A model generated the notes under the pieces. The model saw nothing but the letters and a program-made list of their open reading frames with translations, did not search any database and had not been told where the DNA came from. A program made the translations under genes and the position numbers. This document shows, one piece after another, positions 15,480-24,716 of a DNA stretch of 29,340 nucleotides. This stretch comes from a virus (lineage: Duplodnaviria > Caudoviricetes). Every line of letters begins with the position of its first letter. The stretch's first letter is position 1. The stretch is taken from IMG/VR virus record IMGVR_UViG_3300017785_002243, positions 1 to 29,340 of that record; one strand, 5' to 3'.

Positions 15480-18400
15480 ATAGGCCGGTGTTTTTCCGCA
15501 GTGTCGGCAGGTTCAGGGCGGAGAACAGCCGCATTTCGTATTGATCGATCTGGTCCAGTTTCTCTCGTTTCTCTGCGCTGTCAAGGTTGTTGTTTGCCTC
15601 GATCAATCTACGGGCTTGCCGCAGTTGCGAGAGCTGCTGCTCTACTTGGGTGAAGAACCCGGACTTGGCCAGCGCATACAGCTCCTTATTCTCCATCAAG
15701 CGCTGTTGAGCCTCTACCGGGTCACGCTCCATCAGGAACTTAACATCCTCCGCTACTTCGCGGGACCGCTGGCGAAGCTCGTAGTAGTCATCTTTCAGCC
15801 CGGACGGCGCACTGCCGGTTATGAACGTAGTGGCCTGCGGTACGTCTGCCCAGCGGCGATCCGCCCGCTCGATACCTGAAACTGTTTCGATAGCACGCCC
15901 ACCCGCATACATCGCGGTGCCGCCGAGCACTCCGAGATACCCGCGAATCAGATGCTCAACCTGCACTGGAGCCAGCGGGGTTACCGCAGACAACAGCTTC
16001 GACAGCTCTGACGTGCCGCTGGTAAACTGCAAATCCTTTGACCGCCCTTCTAGCCCCTTGCCGATTATGGGGTTGCCGCTGAAGAACGAGTAGTTAGCCG
16101 CGACTTCAACGCCGGGTTTTAGCAGCTGCGGCATGTAGCCCGGGGCGGATATGGCGTTGACTAGCCCGTCACGGAACACGCGGGCCAACTTGGTGGCATC
16201 CACTTCGTCTTTGGTGCCCAAGCGCATGATGTAGTTCCACGATTGCTCGGGGATGGTCTTGAACATCAGACCGATCGGGTCTTGCGGCGTCGGAATCTTG
16301 AGGTTGCCACCGATATCGGTGCCGGTCAGTTCTTTGATGGCATCACGCGAACCCGGGATCATAAACCCGGTCAGCTTCTCATGGTCTGGTAGCTTCTTGT
16401 AGTCCTCGTCATCCGACACCAGCATGGCGTAAATGGACCCTAGCGCCGCGATCTTCATACCAGTGGCCCAGAACTGCCGCATAGCAGTGGTCCGGTCTTT
16501 GCCGGAGATGCCTTCACGGAACATGCTGCGGTAGGTCACGTCCATACCCTGTAGGTAGGCGTTCATAAACGGGATAATCTGACGCAGCACGTTGATTGAA
16601 CCCGAGCGCCCCTGCCGTTGGAAGTTGATGACCTCGCTGGCTTTGTACAGCGCCAGCATCTTGTCGCCGGTCTCCTTCAGTGTCTGCTCGTAAATCGCCA
16701 TCCGTTGGGACGCATCCGAAGCACGAGTCATGGCGTCCAGAGCGCCCCGCACATGCCGAGCTGCTTTCTTAGCGCCTGAACCGCCTTCGTCCAGCGCGGC
16801 CTCGATCCTGCTGCGGTCGGAGCCGACCATGAAATCCGGACGGCCAATGATGCCGTACGCCGCGAGTTCCAGCGACGTACCCTTGTGCGCCAGTGCGTCC
16901 TTAAAGGACCCCAAAACCTTAGCACCCACCATGAACGGACTTTGCGCTCCGGATAGCGCAGTTGCACGGAACCCGTCCTGAAACAGCTGACTGATCACGA
17001 ACCCCGGCATTAACGTCGTGCCGGTCCGCAGCCAGTTCGCGGCGCGACCCAGAGCGGTAAACAGTGGGGTAGATACGGACTCCACCCCCAAGAAGGCGTG
17101 CCTGTCCAGCGGGTCTGCGACTTCAAAGAATGTCGGTTCTCCGTTGCGGTATGTCTTCACAAGGCGCTCTGCTGTGCCTTGATTCGCGTGCGTCAGGGCT
17201 TTGGCGTCAATCTTCAGCAGCCCGTCCATAGCCACATTCGCCGCATGATTTCGCACGATGGTGTTGACCAGCCAGAACGACAAGTTCTCCATGTTGCCAA
17301 GGATGTCGCCAATGGGCCGCTTGTTCACGTCGCCACCGATCAGCTCGGCTATCTTGCCGTTGTCCACTAACCCCTTGAAATACTTCTTGGTGGATTTCTT
17401 GGTCTCGTAGCCAAACTTGGCGTCGTCCAATATGCGATGCCACGGCACGTACTCCGGTGCTTTGACCCACTCGTCCACATCTTCCTGCGTGAACCGCCCC
17501 GTGGCTTTGCCGACTTGAAGCAACTGGTTCTTATACTGCTGGAACTTCTGAACACCGGCACGAATCTCGTCACCATACAGGCGCAGTACATCATCAGCGG
17601 CCTGTGTATCTTCAGCGGACAGCGCCATCGACTTGCGAATTTCAGGACTGATTTCCGGCGAACGCATACGCAGCACAGTCGCCCCGAGGTCGAACCACGC
17701 TTTGGCCGTGTCCATATCCACACCAGCCTTCTCGGCTATCTTATTAACCTCTTGGTGGACATCTGCCAGTGACACCCCACTGGCCACCCTGAACAGCCCG
17801 GTCTCCGGGTCCAGCGCAATCGAACCTTCCAAGATGGAGGACGTTGCCAAGTCCATTGACCGGGTAGCCATCAGCAGGTTGACGACTGATTTGAGGTCAT
17901 TCTTCTCTAGCAGCTTCTCTTCTACAGCAGCGCCGTTGAATATAACCGCGTTCCTATATTCTTTGATCTTGTTGACCCGGTATTTTTCATCAAACGCAAA
18001 CCTCCACGCGTGTGTGAAGAACCCTTGATCGCCTTCGCGCTGCTTCTCGGCGATGCGTCTCGTCGCTTGCGCGTCCATGGCTGCTGTGGGTTGTTGCGCG
18101 GAGAACGGCAGTGGCATAAGTTGGACGCCACCCATCTCGCTGAAATCGTGGGAGTGTAGTTCGCCAAACGCGGGTTTTATATTGACGTAATCCGCAGCCT
18201 CTTTTCGAGTCAGAAAAACTCCATCTTTTGTCGAAAAACCAGCTTCCCATTTGGACAAATCTGATTTCCAACCCCCCGGCAGTTTGTACCGGTCGTGTAT
18301 CGGACCTGTAACAACGACCTCACCGGACTCCTTGTGCCGAAAACTAGCCCCGATAATAGGGCTACGAACGGGTAAATCTTTTACCCCTTCCACGCGCGTC

Positions 18401-21400
18401 TCAGACGGCGCAGCCTCCAACAGCTGATCCAGCGTCTTCTCGACCTGCTTGGCCTTGCTCAGACCGAGGAAACCACGAATGGCATCAATGAACCGACCCC
18501 ACCAGCCCTTGGGTTGGCCACGCAGCACGTCTTGGAACTCTTGATTGCTGATTGCCTCTGCGGCAAATTCCTGCAGGTTGGTCGCGCCATACTGCCCTTT
18601 GATCTCCGGGGCCAGCGAGTCAAACAACGCTTGCAGCTTTTTCGTAAGAACATGGTTGGGGTTAGCCAGCACATGTGCGACTGCTGCGTGCATTGCCTCG
18701 TGCAACAAGGTGTGCTCGTGAAGCCCTTCCGGATCGATATAGATGGTGTCTGTGGTCGAGCTGTAGATACCCGCGTCACCCGTCGGTGTCTTGCGAACCA
18801 GCACCTTGGTGCCCTTGATGGCGGACAGAATTTTGCGAGCCGCTGTGCGTATTACCGGCGTGGAGCCGGTCTCCCCGAGCAGCTTCAAAGCGCCTTTAAG
18901 GTCGCCTTTATCCAGCAGTGAACGAACTTCTTTTGACAACCCGGAACCAATCGGGGTGTGGGATAGGCCGTATTGCGGCGGCGGGTTTGACATCATCCGG
19001 TCGTATTCCGCACGGAACGCGGCCCTACGGGCTTTTTTAATTGCGCGGAAAACTATGACTGCGCTTGTTGTGTACGCTGCGTCATATTGCTTATCCCGCA
19101 TCAGGCTCACGATCTCAGCGCGATCCTTTTCTGACACAGCCTCTCGAACCGGGAAAGGCTCCGCCGCGTACTCGGACGACCTACCTGCGCGTTTTTCTCG
19201 TTTGGCAATAGCTCGCTTTGCCGGATCACCGGCCTCAGCATCACTGATCAGCGTGTCAAGCCATAGAAGCGCGTCTTGCTCGGTTGTGTACGAACCGTCA
19301 GTGGGGGCTTTAAGGAACGGCTTCCTCGAATCCGCTGCTTTTTCTGCTTGCTTCACAGGGGACTTGGTGCCGAATACCTTCTCGGCGGCGTTGCGAATAA
19401 GCCCGAGTCTGGATTCCCACTCTGGGGTATCCCGCTTTGCGGCCAAAGCTTGATCAATACCGGCACCGGCTTTTGCCGCTTCGCGCCAATCAGCCTGCTT
19501 TGCCTCAGCTTCTTGCTCGGCTACGCGGGCTTCTTCGACAGCCTGAGCGGCCCTCTTTAATTCTGCATTCTCCGCACCGGCAGCTCTGGCTTGTTTTGCG
19601 GATGCAATTTCGCGTTCTGTTCTTAGTTGGTTTACGGCTTCGGTAGCCAAGGCCAACTCGTCCTTGGTTATGCTGGGGTCTTGCAACGCCTGCTTCGCCG
19701 CGTTTATCTGTGGCGCTACTTCGGCTTGGGCTTTCTTACCCTTCGGTTGTTTTTGAGTGGCGGTGTCCACCAGATATATCAGCGCCTGCCGATACTCCGT
19801 GCGATCCTTTGGGTTCCTTAATCTGGCCGCTGCGGTTTCTACTTCTTCAACGTCGCTTAGTGGACTCGGTTTTTGCTCTTCTCCAGCATTAACAGGACCA
19901 GCTGGTCCTTTGCCGCCAGCCACAACTGGAACTCCATCTCCAGCAGCTCCGGTTCTTCCGGCTGTCTGTCCCAGTACAGGCACTCCCATGCCTTCTCCAG
20001 CAGCTTCTGGTCGAATAGCATCTATCTTCTCCCGGGCTTGCGCGACGAATTGTTTTACCGCATCGTCATTGAACGGTTGTTTCGCAGAAGAGCGGTCGCC
20101 GTAGTCCTTGACCAGCGCTTCAAACTGAGCAATGTCTTCCGGCTTCGACATGTCCAGCGCCTGCAGTGCTTTGGCTACCTTGGATGTTCTTACAGCGGTC
20201 GGGTTAAACCCCAAACCCAGCAGCGTATCTCGCGTTATCTTTGTCGCCTCTGGTTTTGTTACTGCAGGCTCTACCGGTGCCGGTTCCGACGGCTCCTGCA
20301 GGTCCAGCTGCCCCTGCATCTTGGAGAGCTTCTGTTGCTCACGCTTGGTCGGCTGCTTCTCGATCGAGGAGATGCGCTTGTTTACGGCCTTCAGTTGCGC
20401 ATCGATAGCCTCAATATCCAGCCTCCGGGACACAGCCTCTTCCCGGGTAGGTGCGCGTTGGAACTCGCGCTCCATGATGCCTTTAACCCGCAGCAGCTCG
20501 TCGCGCTCCATGAGCGCAGAGGCCAGATCAACATCCGCACCCTGTGCTTCTTCGTCGGCAAACCGGTCGGCGGAATATCGCTTTCCTGATGGAGCCATAC
20601 CGGTAACAGGCGGCACACCCTCAGCAGGGAGAGGTTCAAACAACGGCTGTTGTGCCCCTGTCGGGATCGGTTGCGTGGCTACCGGCTGGGCTTGCTCCTG
20701 CGATTGTTCCGGTTGCTCGGGTACTGACTCTGCCGCAGTCGGCGTGGTAGGTTTGGCTGCAGCTGCTCGACGGCCAGCCACTGCATCCAGCAGGAACTGC
20801 ACAATCGCACCAGCACCCGCACCATATGCTGCGTTCTCACCCACACCCTCGACAAGTTCTTGGCTGGGCTTGTAGACCTGTTGGGTAATCAGGTTCTGCG
20901 CGACTGCCGACGCGGCTTCTTGAGCACCCTCCATACCGCCGGTAACGAGCGCCCGCTGGACATAGTCAAAGATGCCGCCCTTGATTTCTTTGGGCATGAC
21001 GCGGAATATCCACTCGATCGGTGCAAGCTCCGCAATGCCCGGGATCACACCCAGCTGCGTGGCGCTTGTAATCTGCTCCGGAGTAGCACCGGCAGTAACA
21101 GCGCGTTCTCGCGCCTCGCCCGCACCCATACCCGCAGCGGTAGCACCAGCAGCTGCCGTCCGCCCCGCACCTGCCGCGAGCCCAAGCCCACGAGCTGCCA
21201 AGCCGCCCGCGCCGCCGGGTATCAGCAGTGAACCCATTGAACCCACGGCCTCACCCAGCTTGGTCGGAATGGCCTCTTCATAGCCGAAAGCGGCCTTGGG
21301 CTTGAGGCGTTCAGCGAACCCCTTGATGCCTTCGCGGGCGGTCTTTTCAAACCCTTCCTGTGTGTCACCCGGCAGCAACGCTGCGGCACCCAGAGCGGCG

Positions 21401-21573
21401 CTTTCAAGGCCCCCGACCAACCCACGCGGGATAGCCTTCAGGGCTTCCTTCGCGTAACCGCCAACCGTTCTGTTTTCTTCGGCGTATTGGCGATACCGCT
21501 GCAGCAGCTCTTCTTGCGTGATGTCGTCAGGAACCCCGCGAACAACCACGCCATCCGGCATCCGAACATCCAT
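15478..21573 (-). CDS. giant internal virion / DNA ejection protein, polyvalent type (zincin-like metallopeptidase + LPD38-like C-terminus)
   Basis: 2031 aa. N-terminal MPDG..V..VPD motif and Gly/Ala-rich hydrophobic helices; HTLLHEAMH...QEFAAEA zincin motif (18688-18702); C-terminal PF.NA..QG, LKP.VE..AN..FF.G.PI and P..VEHLIRGY.G typical of LPD38-type proteins. Confidence 0.75.
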   Translation of the reverse strand: MDVRMPDGVVVRGVPDDITQEELLQRYRQYAEENRTVGGYAKEALKAIPRGLVGGLESAALGAAALLPGDTQEGFEKTAREGIKGFAERLKPKAAFGYEEAIPTKLGEAVGSMGSLLIPGGAGGLAARGLGLAAGAGRTAAAGATAAGMGAGEARERAVTAGATPEQITSATQLGVIPGIAELAPIEWIFRVMPKEIKGGIFDYVQRALVTGGMEGAQEAASAVAQNLITQQVYKPSQELVEGVGENAAYGAGAGAIVQFLLDAVAGRRAAAAKPTTPTAAESVPEQPEQSQEQAQPVATQPIPTGAQQPLFEPLPAEGVPPVTGMAPSGKRYSADRFADEEAQGADVDLASALMERDELLRVKGIMEREFQRAPTREEAVSRRLDIEAIDAQLKAVNKRISSIEKQPTKREQQKLSKMQGQLDLQEPSEPAPVEPAVTKPEATKITRDTLLGLGFNPTAVRTSKVAKALQALDMSKPEDIAQFEALVKDYGDRSSAKQPFNDDAVKQFVAQAREKIDAIRPEAAGEGMGVPVLGQTAGRTGAAGDGVPVVAGGKGPAGPVNAGEEQKPSPLSDVEEVETAAARLRNPKDRTEYRQALIYLVDTATQKQPKGKKAQAEVAPQINAAKQALQDPSITKDELALATEAVNQLRTEREIASAKQARAAGAENAELKRAAQAVEEARVAEQEAEAKQADWREAAKAGAGIDQALAAKRDTPEWESRLGLIRNAAEKVFGTKSPVKQAEKAADSRKPFLKAPTDGSYTTEQDALLWLDTLISDAEAGDPAKRAIAKREKRAGRSSEYAAEPFPVREAVSEKDRAEIVSLMRDKQYDAAYTTSAVIVFRAIKKARRAAFRAEYDRMMSNPPPQYGLSHTPIGSGLSKEVRSLLDKGDLKGALKLLGETGSTPVIRTAARKILSAIKGTKVLVRKTPTGDAGIYSSTTDTIYIDPEGLHEHTLLHEAMHAAVAHVLANPNHVLTKKLQALFDSLAPEIKGQYGATNLQEFAAEAISNQEFQDVLRGQPKGWWGRFIDAIRGFLGLSKAKQVEKTLDQLLEAAPSETRVEGVKDLPVRSPIIGASFRHKESGEVVVTGPIHDRYKLPGGWKSDLSKWEAGFSTKDGVFLTRKEAADYVNIKPAFGELHSHDFSEMGGVQLMPLPFSAQQPTAAMDAQATRRIAEKQREGDQGFFTHAWRFAFDEKYRVNKIKEYRNAVIFNGAAVEEKLLEKNDLKSVVNLLMATRSMDLATSSILEGSIALDPETGLFRVASGVSLADVHQEVNKIAEKAGVDMDTAKAWFDLGATVLRMRSPEISPEIRKSMALSAEDTQAADDVLRLYGDEIRAGVQKFQQYKNQLLQVGKATGRFTQEDVDEWVKAPEYVPWHRILDDAKFGYETKKSTKKYFKGLVDNGKIAELIGGDVNKRPIGDILGNMENLSFWLVNTIVRNHAANVAMDGLLKIDAKALTHANQGTAERLVKTYRNGEPTFFEVADPLDRHAFLGVESVSTPLFTALGRAANWLRTGTTLMPGFVISQLFQDGFRATALSGAQSPFMVGAKVLGSFKDALAHKGTSLELAAYGIIGRPDFMVGSDRSRIEAALDEGGSGAKKAARHVRGALDAMTRASDASQRMAIYEQTLKETGDKMLALYKASEVINFQRQGRSGSINVLRQIIPFMNAYLQGMDVTYRSMFREGISGKDRTTAMRQFWATGMKIAALGSIYAMLVSDDEDYKKLPDHEKLTGFMIPGSRDAIKELTGTDIGGNLKIPTPQDPIGLMFKTIPEQSWNYIMRLGTKDEVDATKLARVFRDGLVNAISAPGYMPQLLKPGVEVAANYSFFSGNPIIGKGLEGRSKDLQFTSGTSELSKLLSAVTPLAPVQVEHLIRGYLGVLGGTAMYAGGRAIETVSGIERADRRWADVPQATTFITGSAPSGLKDDYYELRQRSREVAEDVKFLMERDPVEAQQRLMENKELYALAKSGFFTQVEQQLSQLRQARRLIEANNNLDSAEKREKLDQIDQYEMRLFSALNLPTLRKNTGL
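19857..20021 (-). CDS. overprinted 54-aa gene nested in the +1 frame of the giant virion protein gene
   Basis: GGGAG RBS 7 nt before ATG 20021; MLFDQKLLEKAWECLYWDRQPEEPELLEMEFQLWLAAKDQLVLLMLEKSKNRVH*; codons strongly CTG/GAG/CAG/AAG. Confidence 0.65.
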   Translation of the reverse strand: MLFDQKLLEKAWECLYWDRQPEEPELLEMEFQLWLAAKDQLVLLMLEKSKNRVH

Positions 21574-21583
21574 AGTCGCTACC

Positions 21584-24292
21584 TTACTGTTTTTGAGATG
21601 ACGGCAATTTGCTGAAATCTACCACGCCTTTTCCACCACTCGCCCCCTTCATCATATCAGCCATCTCAAACGGCATTGGGTTTGTGATTTTTGTGGTGGC
21701 TTCCGTGTACATCTGCAGCGCCCTTTTTGCGTTTTCAATTCGCGCCGGGTCCTTGCTGCGAACAGCATTGACGTAGTCAACCTTCAGTTGATCAGCCTTG
21801 TCTGTGTAGGCTTTGGACAGGATTCCAATTTTTTGCCGCTCGACATCCAGACCGGCACGTTTAATCGACAGCTCTTCCAATTTGGCCTTGTACATGGCGT
21901 CGGCTTGCTGCGCCTGACGTGTGATGTCTTCGACACGGGTGCGGGCTTTGTCGGCAGCGTCATACTTCTGCATACCTTCCAGACGGCTTGCCTTGCGCTC
22001 TTCGCGCTCGATTTGCTTGCGGAGGTCGTCAGCCTTGCGGAAGTCTTTGTTAACCGCAGCGATCTCTTTGGTCGTCAGGCCAAGACCCTTAGCAAAGTTT
22101 GTCAGTGCGTAGGGGGACTGTCCAGCAGCAGCTTCAAATCCGCCCATAGCCACCGCCAACCAGCGGTCAGCGTCACGGTCTTTTATCGCCTGCTGTCCTT
22201 GAGCCTTAAGTTCCTCAAGGCGATCCTTCAACTCACTGGGGAACCGCTTCTCCATCTCAGCTTCTTTGCGAGCAAACGCTGCCTCGGGCGACTCACCGGT
22301 ATAAAGCAGCGATGTCTCTGGCTTGATGGATTGACCTGCGGTTGCAGTCGGTCGCGCAGCGGGGATGGCGGTTCCTGATCCTCCGGTTGCGGGCCCGCCT
22401 GACGGTTGACCACGCCCTTCTTGTTTAGCCTGCGCTTCGTACTGCGACTGCGGTGCCGCTGCCTCTGCGGTTTTTGCCAGCGGTTGTCCGGACCGCAATT
22501 TACGGAGGTCCTCGGATGTAGAGCCAAACGGATTCAGCATCCCGAGAGCAGCACGGGCTCGTGCGACAGTATCAGTGACAACACCCGGCTCACCGGACAT
22601 ACCATAGTATTGTTTTATCGTGTCTGTCGGGGTTTGATACAAGTCATAAGCAGTAGCTCCCAAATCCGCCGCTGCAACCGGCGCTACAAACTTGCCGCCC
22701 ACACGCGCTGCACCACGAGCAAGGCCACCTAGTCCTTCCAGACTGAGACTCGGGTTTAGCCGTGACGGTTGCACGGCGGCTCGCGCACGGGAAAACAATC
22801 CCGCTTCTTCTGCTGCTCCGGAACCGATACCCGAAGTTGTTGCTCGCGCTGCCTGCGCCGCCTTCTCTGCCTGCGCTGCCCTTATACGAGCTGCGCGTTC
22901 TTTGGGGGATTCTTCTGCATACGGGCTACGTTGGCGACGGCTTTCTTCGAGGTCTTCCGGAAGTATGTCCTGTGCGGATGGAGGGGTTCCTCCGGTGTTA
23001 AACGCAATAATCCCACCGCTTGCGGCCATCACGGGGTCTGCCATCACACCTGCATCCATACCGGGGATACCTGCGTTGGCCTGTTGAACCCCGTCCAGCT
23101 CGCGCAGCTGCTCCTCGTACATGCTCGGCTCCTGCGCTACCTGCCGCCCATTCTCCAGAGCCTGTTGGTTCCTCGCACCAGCGGTGAGCTGCAGCTGCTT
23201 CACAAACTTCTCATCCCGAAGCGCGAGCATCACACCCAGCGGGGGCAACTCGCGGGGGTTCACACCCGACAACAGCTGCTTCTTGACATCGGTCACAATA
23301 GACGGAGTCGCACCCTGCGTAGCCTCTCGACCACCCGTGATCCCACCATCGGCATACCCCGGCACCTCGCCACCCTCTTTGGCACCGAACGCTTTTGACA
23401 GACCCAACGCGCCAAGCCCCAGCCCGCCAATCTGAGAAGCCATCGACGGCGCGGCCTGATACTGATACATCGTCTGTTGCGGTGCGACAACCGAGCCACG
23501 AAGCAACGAGCTCAAGAACTGCAGCTGCTCCTGCGGGTAGTACTTCTGCTGCATGAATTCTTCGTATCGCTTGTCCAGCCCTTGCTGGTTCTGCGCTTGT
23601 TGGATAGCACCGGCCTGTTGCTGCGCCGTGGCTGCAGCTGCTTGTTGACCGAACGCCGTCTGGCCCAGCTGACCGAACTGCTGACCCATCTGACCCGCGA
23701 GGCCGAGACCCTGCAGCCCAAGCTGTGAGCCGAACTGTAGATTCTTGTTGGCTTGGTCGAACGCCTGTTGCGTGCCCTGCGCCTGAATGCCACCAAGCTG
23801 GTTCTGCAGATTACGCTGGGCTTCTGACTCCACGATCGCCTGACGAGAACCGCCGAACGCACCAGCACGAGTAGCCGCTGCTTGCTGGCCGGGAAGCTGC
23901 CGACCATAGTCCTGAATGGCCTGCTGTTTCTGCCAGTCCACCACGTTCTGCATGTAGGGCGACATGTAGGACTGCATCGCCCCGGGGGAGGTAGCCTGCT
24001 GGGTATACTGCTGACCAGCCCCCAGACCACCCAGACCAGCCGCACCGGTCAACCCGGCAGCGGGCTGCAGCAACGGCGACGTGCCGAGATTCTGCACACC
24101 TTGGAACCCCTGCTCCTGCAGAGGGCTGAAGTCCGCTACACGCTGACCTTGATACGGCTGATACGCGGTGTTCGAGGCAGTCGTGCCTCGAGTCATTATG
24201 TCCTCAAAATAGGGACGTGCGTATTCCGGAAGGTTGGACTGATTTACTGTTTGTGATGCGGGCTGTGGTGCGCCGCCGCCGCCTTTTCCCAA
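21584..24292 (-). CDS. internal virion / DNA transfer (pilot-like) protein
   Basis: TTG start after AGGAG; MGKGGGG...LPEYA.PY, Y.GQRVA.FSPLQ, YMSPY.Q.V and AGAFGGSR motifs; Q/G/A-rich with coiled coils. Confidence 0.7.
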   Translation of the reverse strand: MGKGGGGAPQPASQTVNQSNLPEYARPYFEDIMTRGTTASNTAYQPYQGQRVADFSPLQEQGFQGVQNLGTSPLLQPAAGLTGAAGLGGLGAGQQYTQQATSPGAMQSYMSPYMQNVVDWQKQQAIQDYGRQLPGQQAAATRAGAFGGSRQAIVESEAQRNLQNQLGGIQAQGTQQAFDQANKNLQFGSQLGLQGLGLAGQMGQQFGQLGQTAFGQQAAAATAQQQAGAIQQAQNQQGLDKRYEEFMQQKYYPQEQLQFLSSLLRGSVVAPQQTMYQYQAAPSMASQIGGLGLGALGLSKAFGAKEGGEVPGYADGGITGGREATQGATPSIVTDVKKQLLSGVNPRELPPLGVMLALRDEKFVKQLQLTAGARNQQALENGRQVAQEPSMYEEQLRELDGVQQANAGIPGMDAGVMADPVMAASGGIIAFNTGGTPPSAQDILPEDLEESRRQRSPYAEESPKERAARIRAAQAEKAAQAARATTSGIGSGAAEEAGLFSRARAAVQPSRLNPSLSLEGLGGLARGAARVGGKFVAPVAAADLGATAYDLYQTPTDTIKQYYGMSGEPGVVTDTVARARAALGMLNPFGSTSEDLRKLRSGQPLAKTAEAAAPQSQYEAQAKQEGRGQPSGGPATGGSGTAIPAARPTATAGQSIKPETSLLYTGESPEAAFARKEAEMEKRFPSELKDRLEELKAQGQQAIKDRDADRWLAVAMGGFEAAAGQSPYALTNFAKGLGLTTKEIAAVNKDFRKADDLRKQIEREERKASRLEGMQKYDAADKARTRVEDITRQAQQADAMYKAKLEELSIKRAGLDVERQKIGILSKAYTDKADQLKVDYVNAVRSKDPARIENAKRALQMYTEATTKITNPMPFEMADMMKGASGGKGVVDFSKLPSSQKQ

Positions 24293-24293
24293 T

Positions 24294-24716
24294 TTAGTCT
24301 CCTAACGGTAACTCACAGGTTACCCACTGAGTTTGGTTGCCGTCTCCGGCGAATATTTTGATCCAACCTTTGCGCCCCGTGAATTCAATGGCGTCGCACT
24401 GCGAATCCGTAGCCCATCGGCGCAGCAGCGCCAACATGGGGTCTTTCCAACGACTTAACTCCTCCCCACCGCAGAAGTGCATCGTCAGCACTCGCTTGCC
24501 GGGGTAGTCTGTAAAGCCTGTTACAACAGCACCATAATAGACGGGGCCCTCTTCAAACGCCACCCATAAATGGTGGTCAGGGCGTTGGGACACCAGATCA
24601 AAGATGTCCTCGTCGTGGAACCTGCCGTGGGTCTGCTCCGCAGCCTGCTCCATAAATGCCTGCACATTCGGCCAGCACTCGTGGACATGCTCCGGCGGCA
24701 CCAGACTGACCATCAT
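24294..24716 (-). CDS. GNAT-fold acyltransferase-like virion morphogenesis protein
   Basis: LWVAF...GAVVT...YP.KRVL..HFCGG..L..W...LRRWA....C.AIE.TGRKGW; located among the internal virion genes. Confidence 0.6.
   Translation of the reverse strand: MMVSLVPPEHVHECWPNVQAFMEQAAEQTHGRFHDEDIFDLVSQRPDHHLWVAFEEGPVYYGAVVTGFTDYPGKRVLTMHFCGGEELSRWKDPMLALLRRWATDSQCDAIEFTGRKGWIKIFAGDGNQTQWVTCELPLGD

Noticed and set aside
19987-19998. In-frame internal restart of the giant protein (GGAGAAGGC-ATG, Met529)
   Set aside because: It is possible, but the SD-like sequence is fully explained by the CTG-GAG-AAG codons of the nested ORF; there is no independent support.
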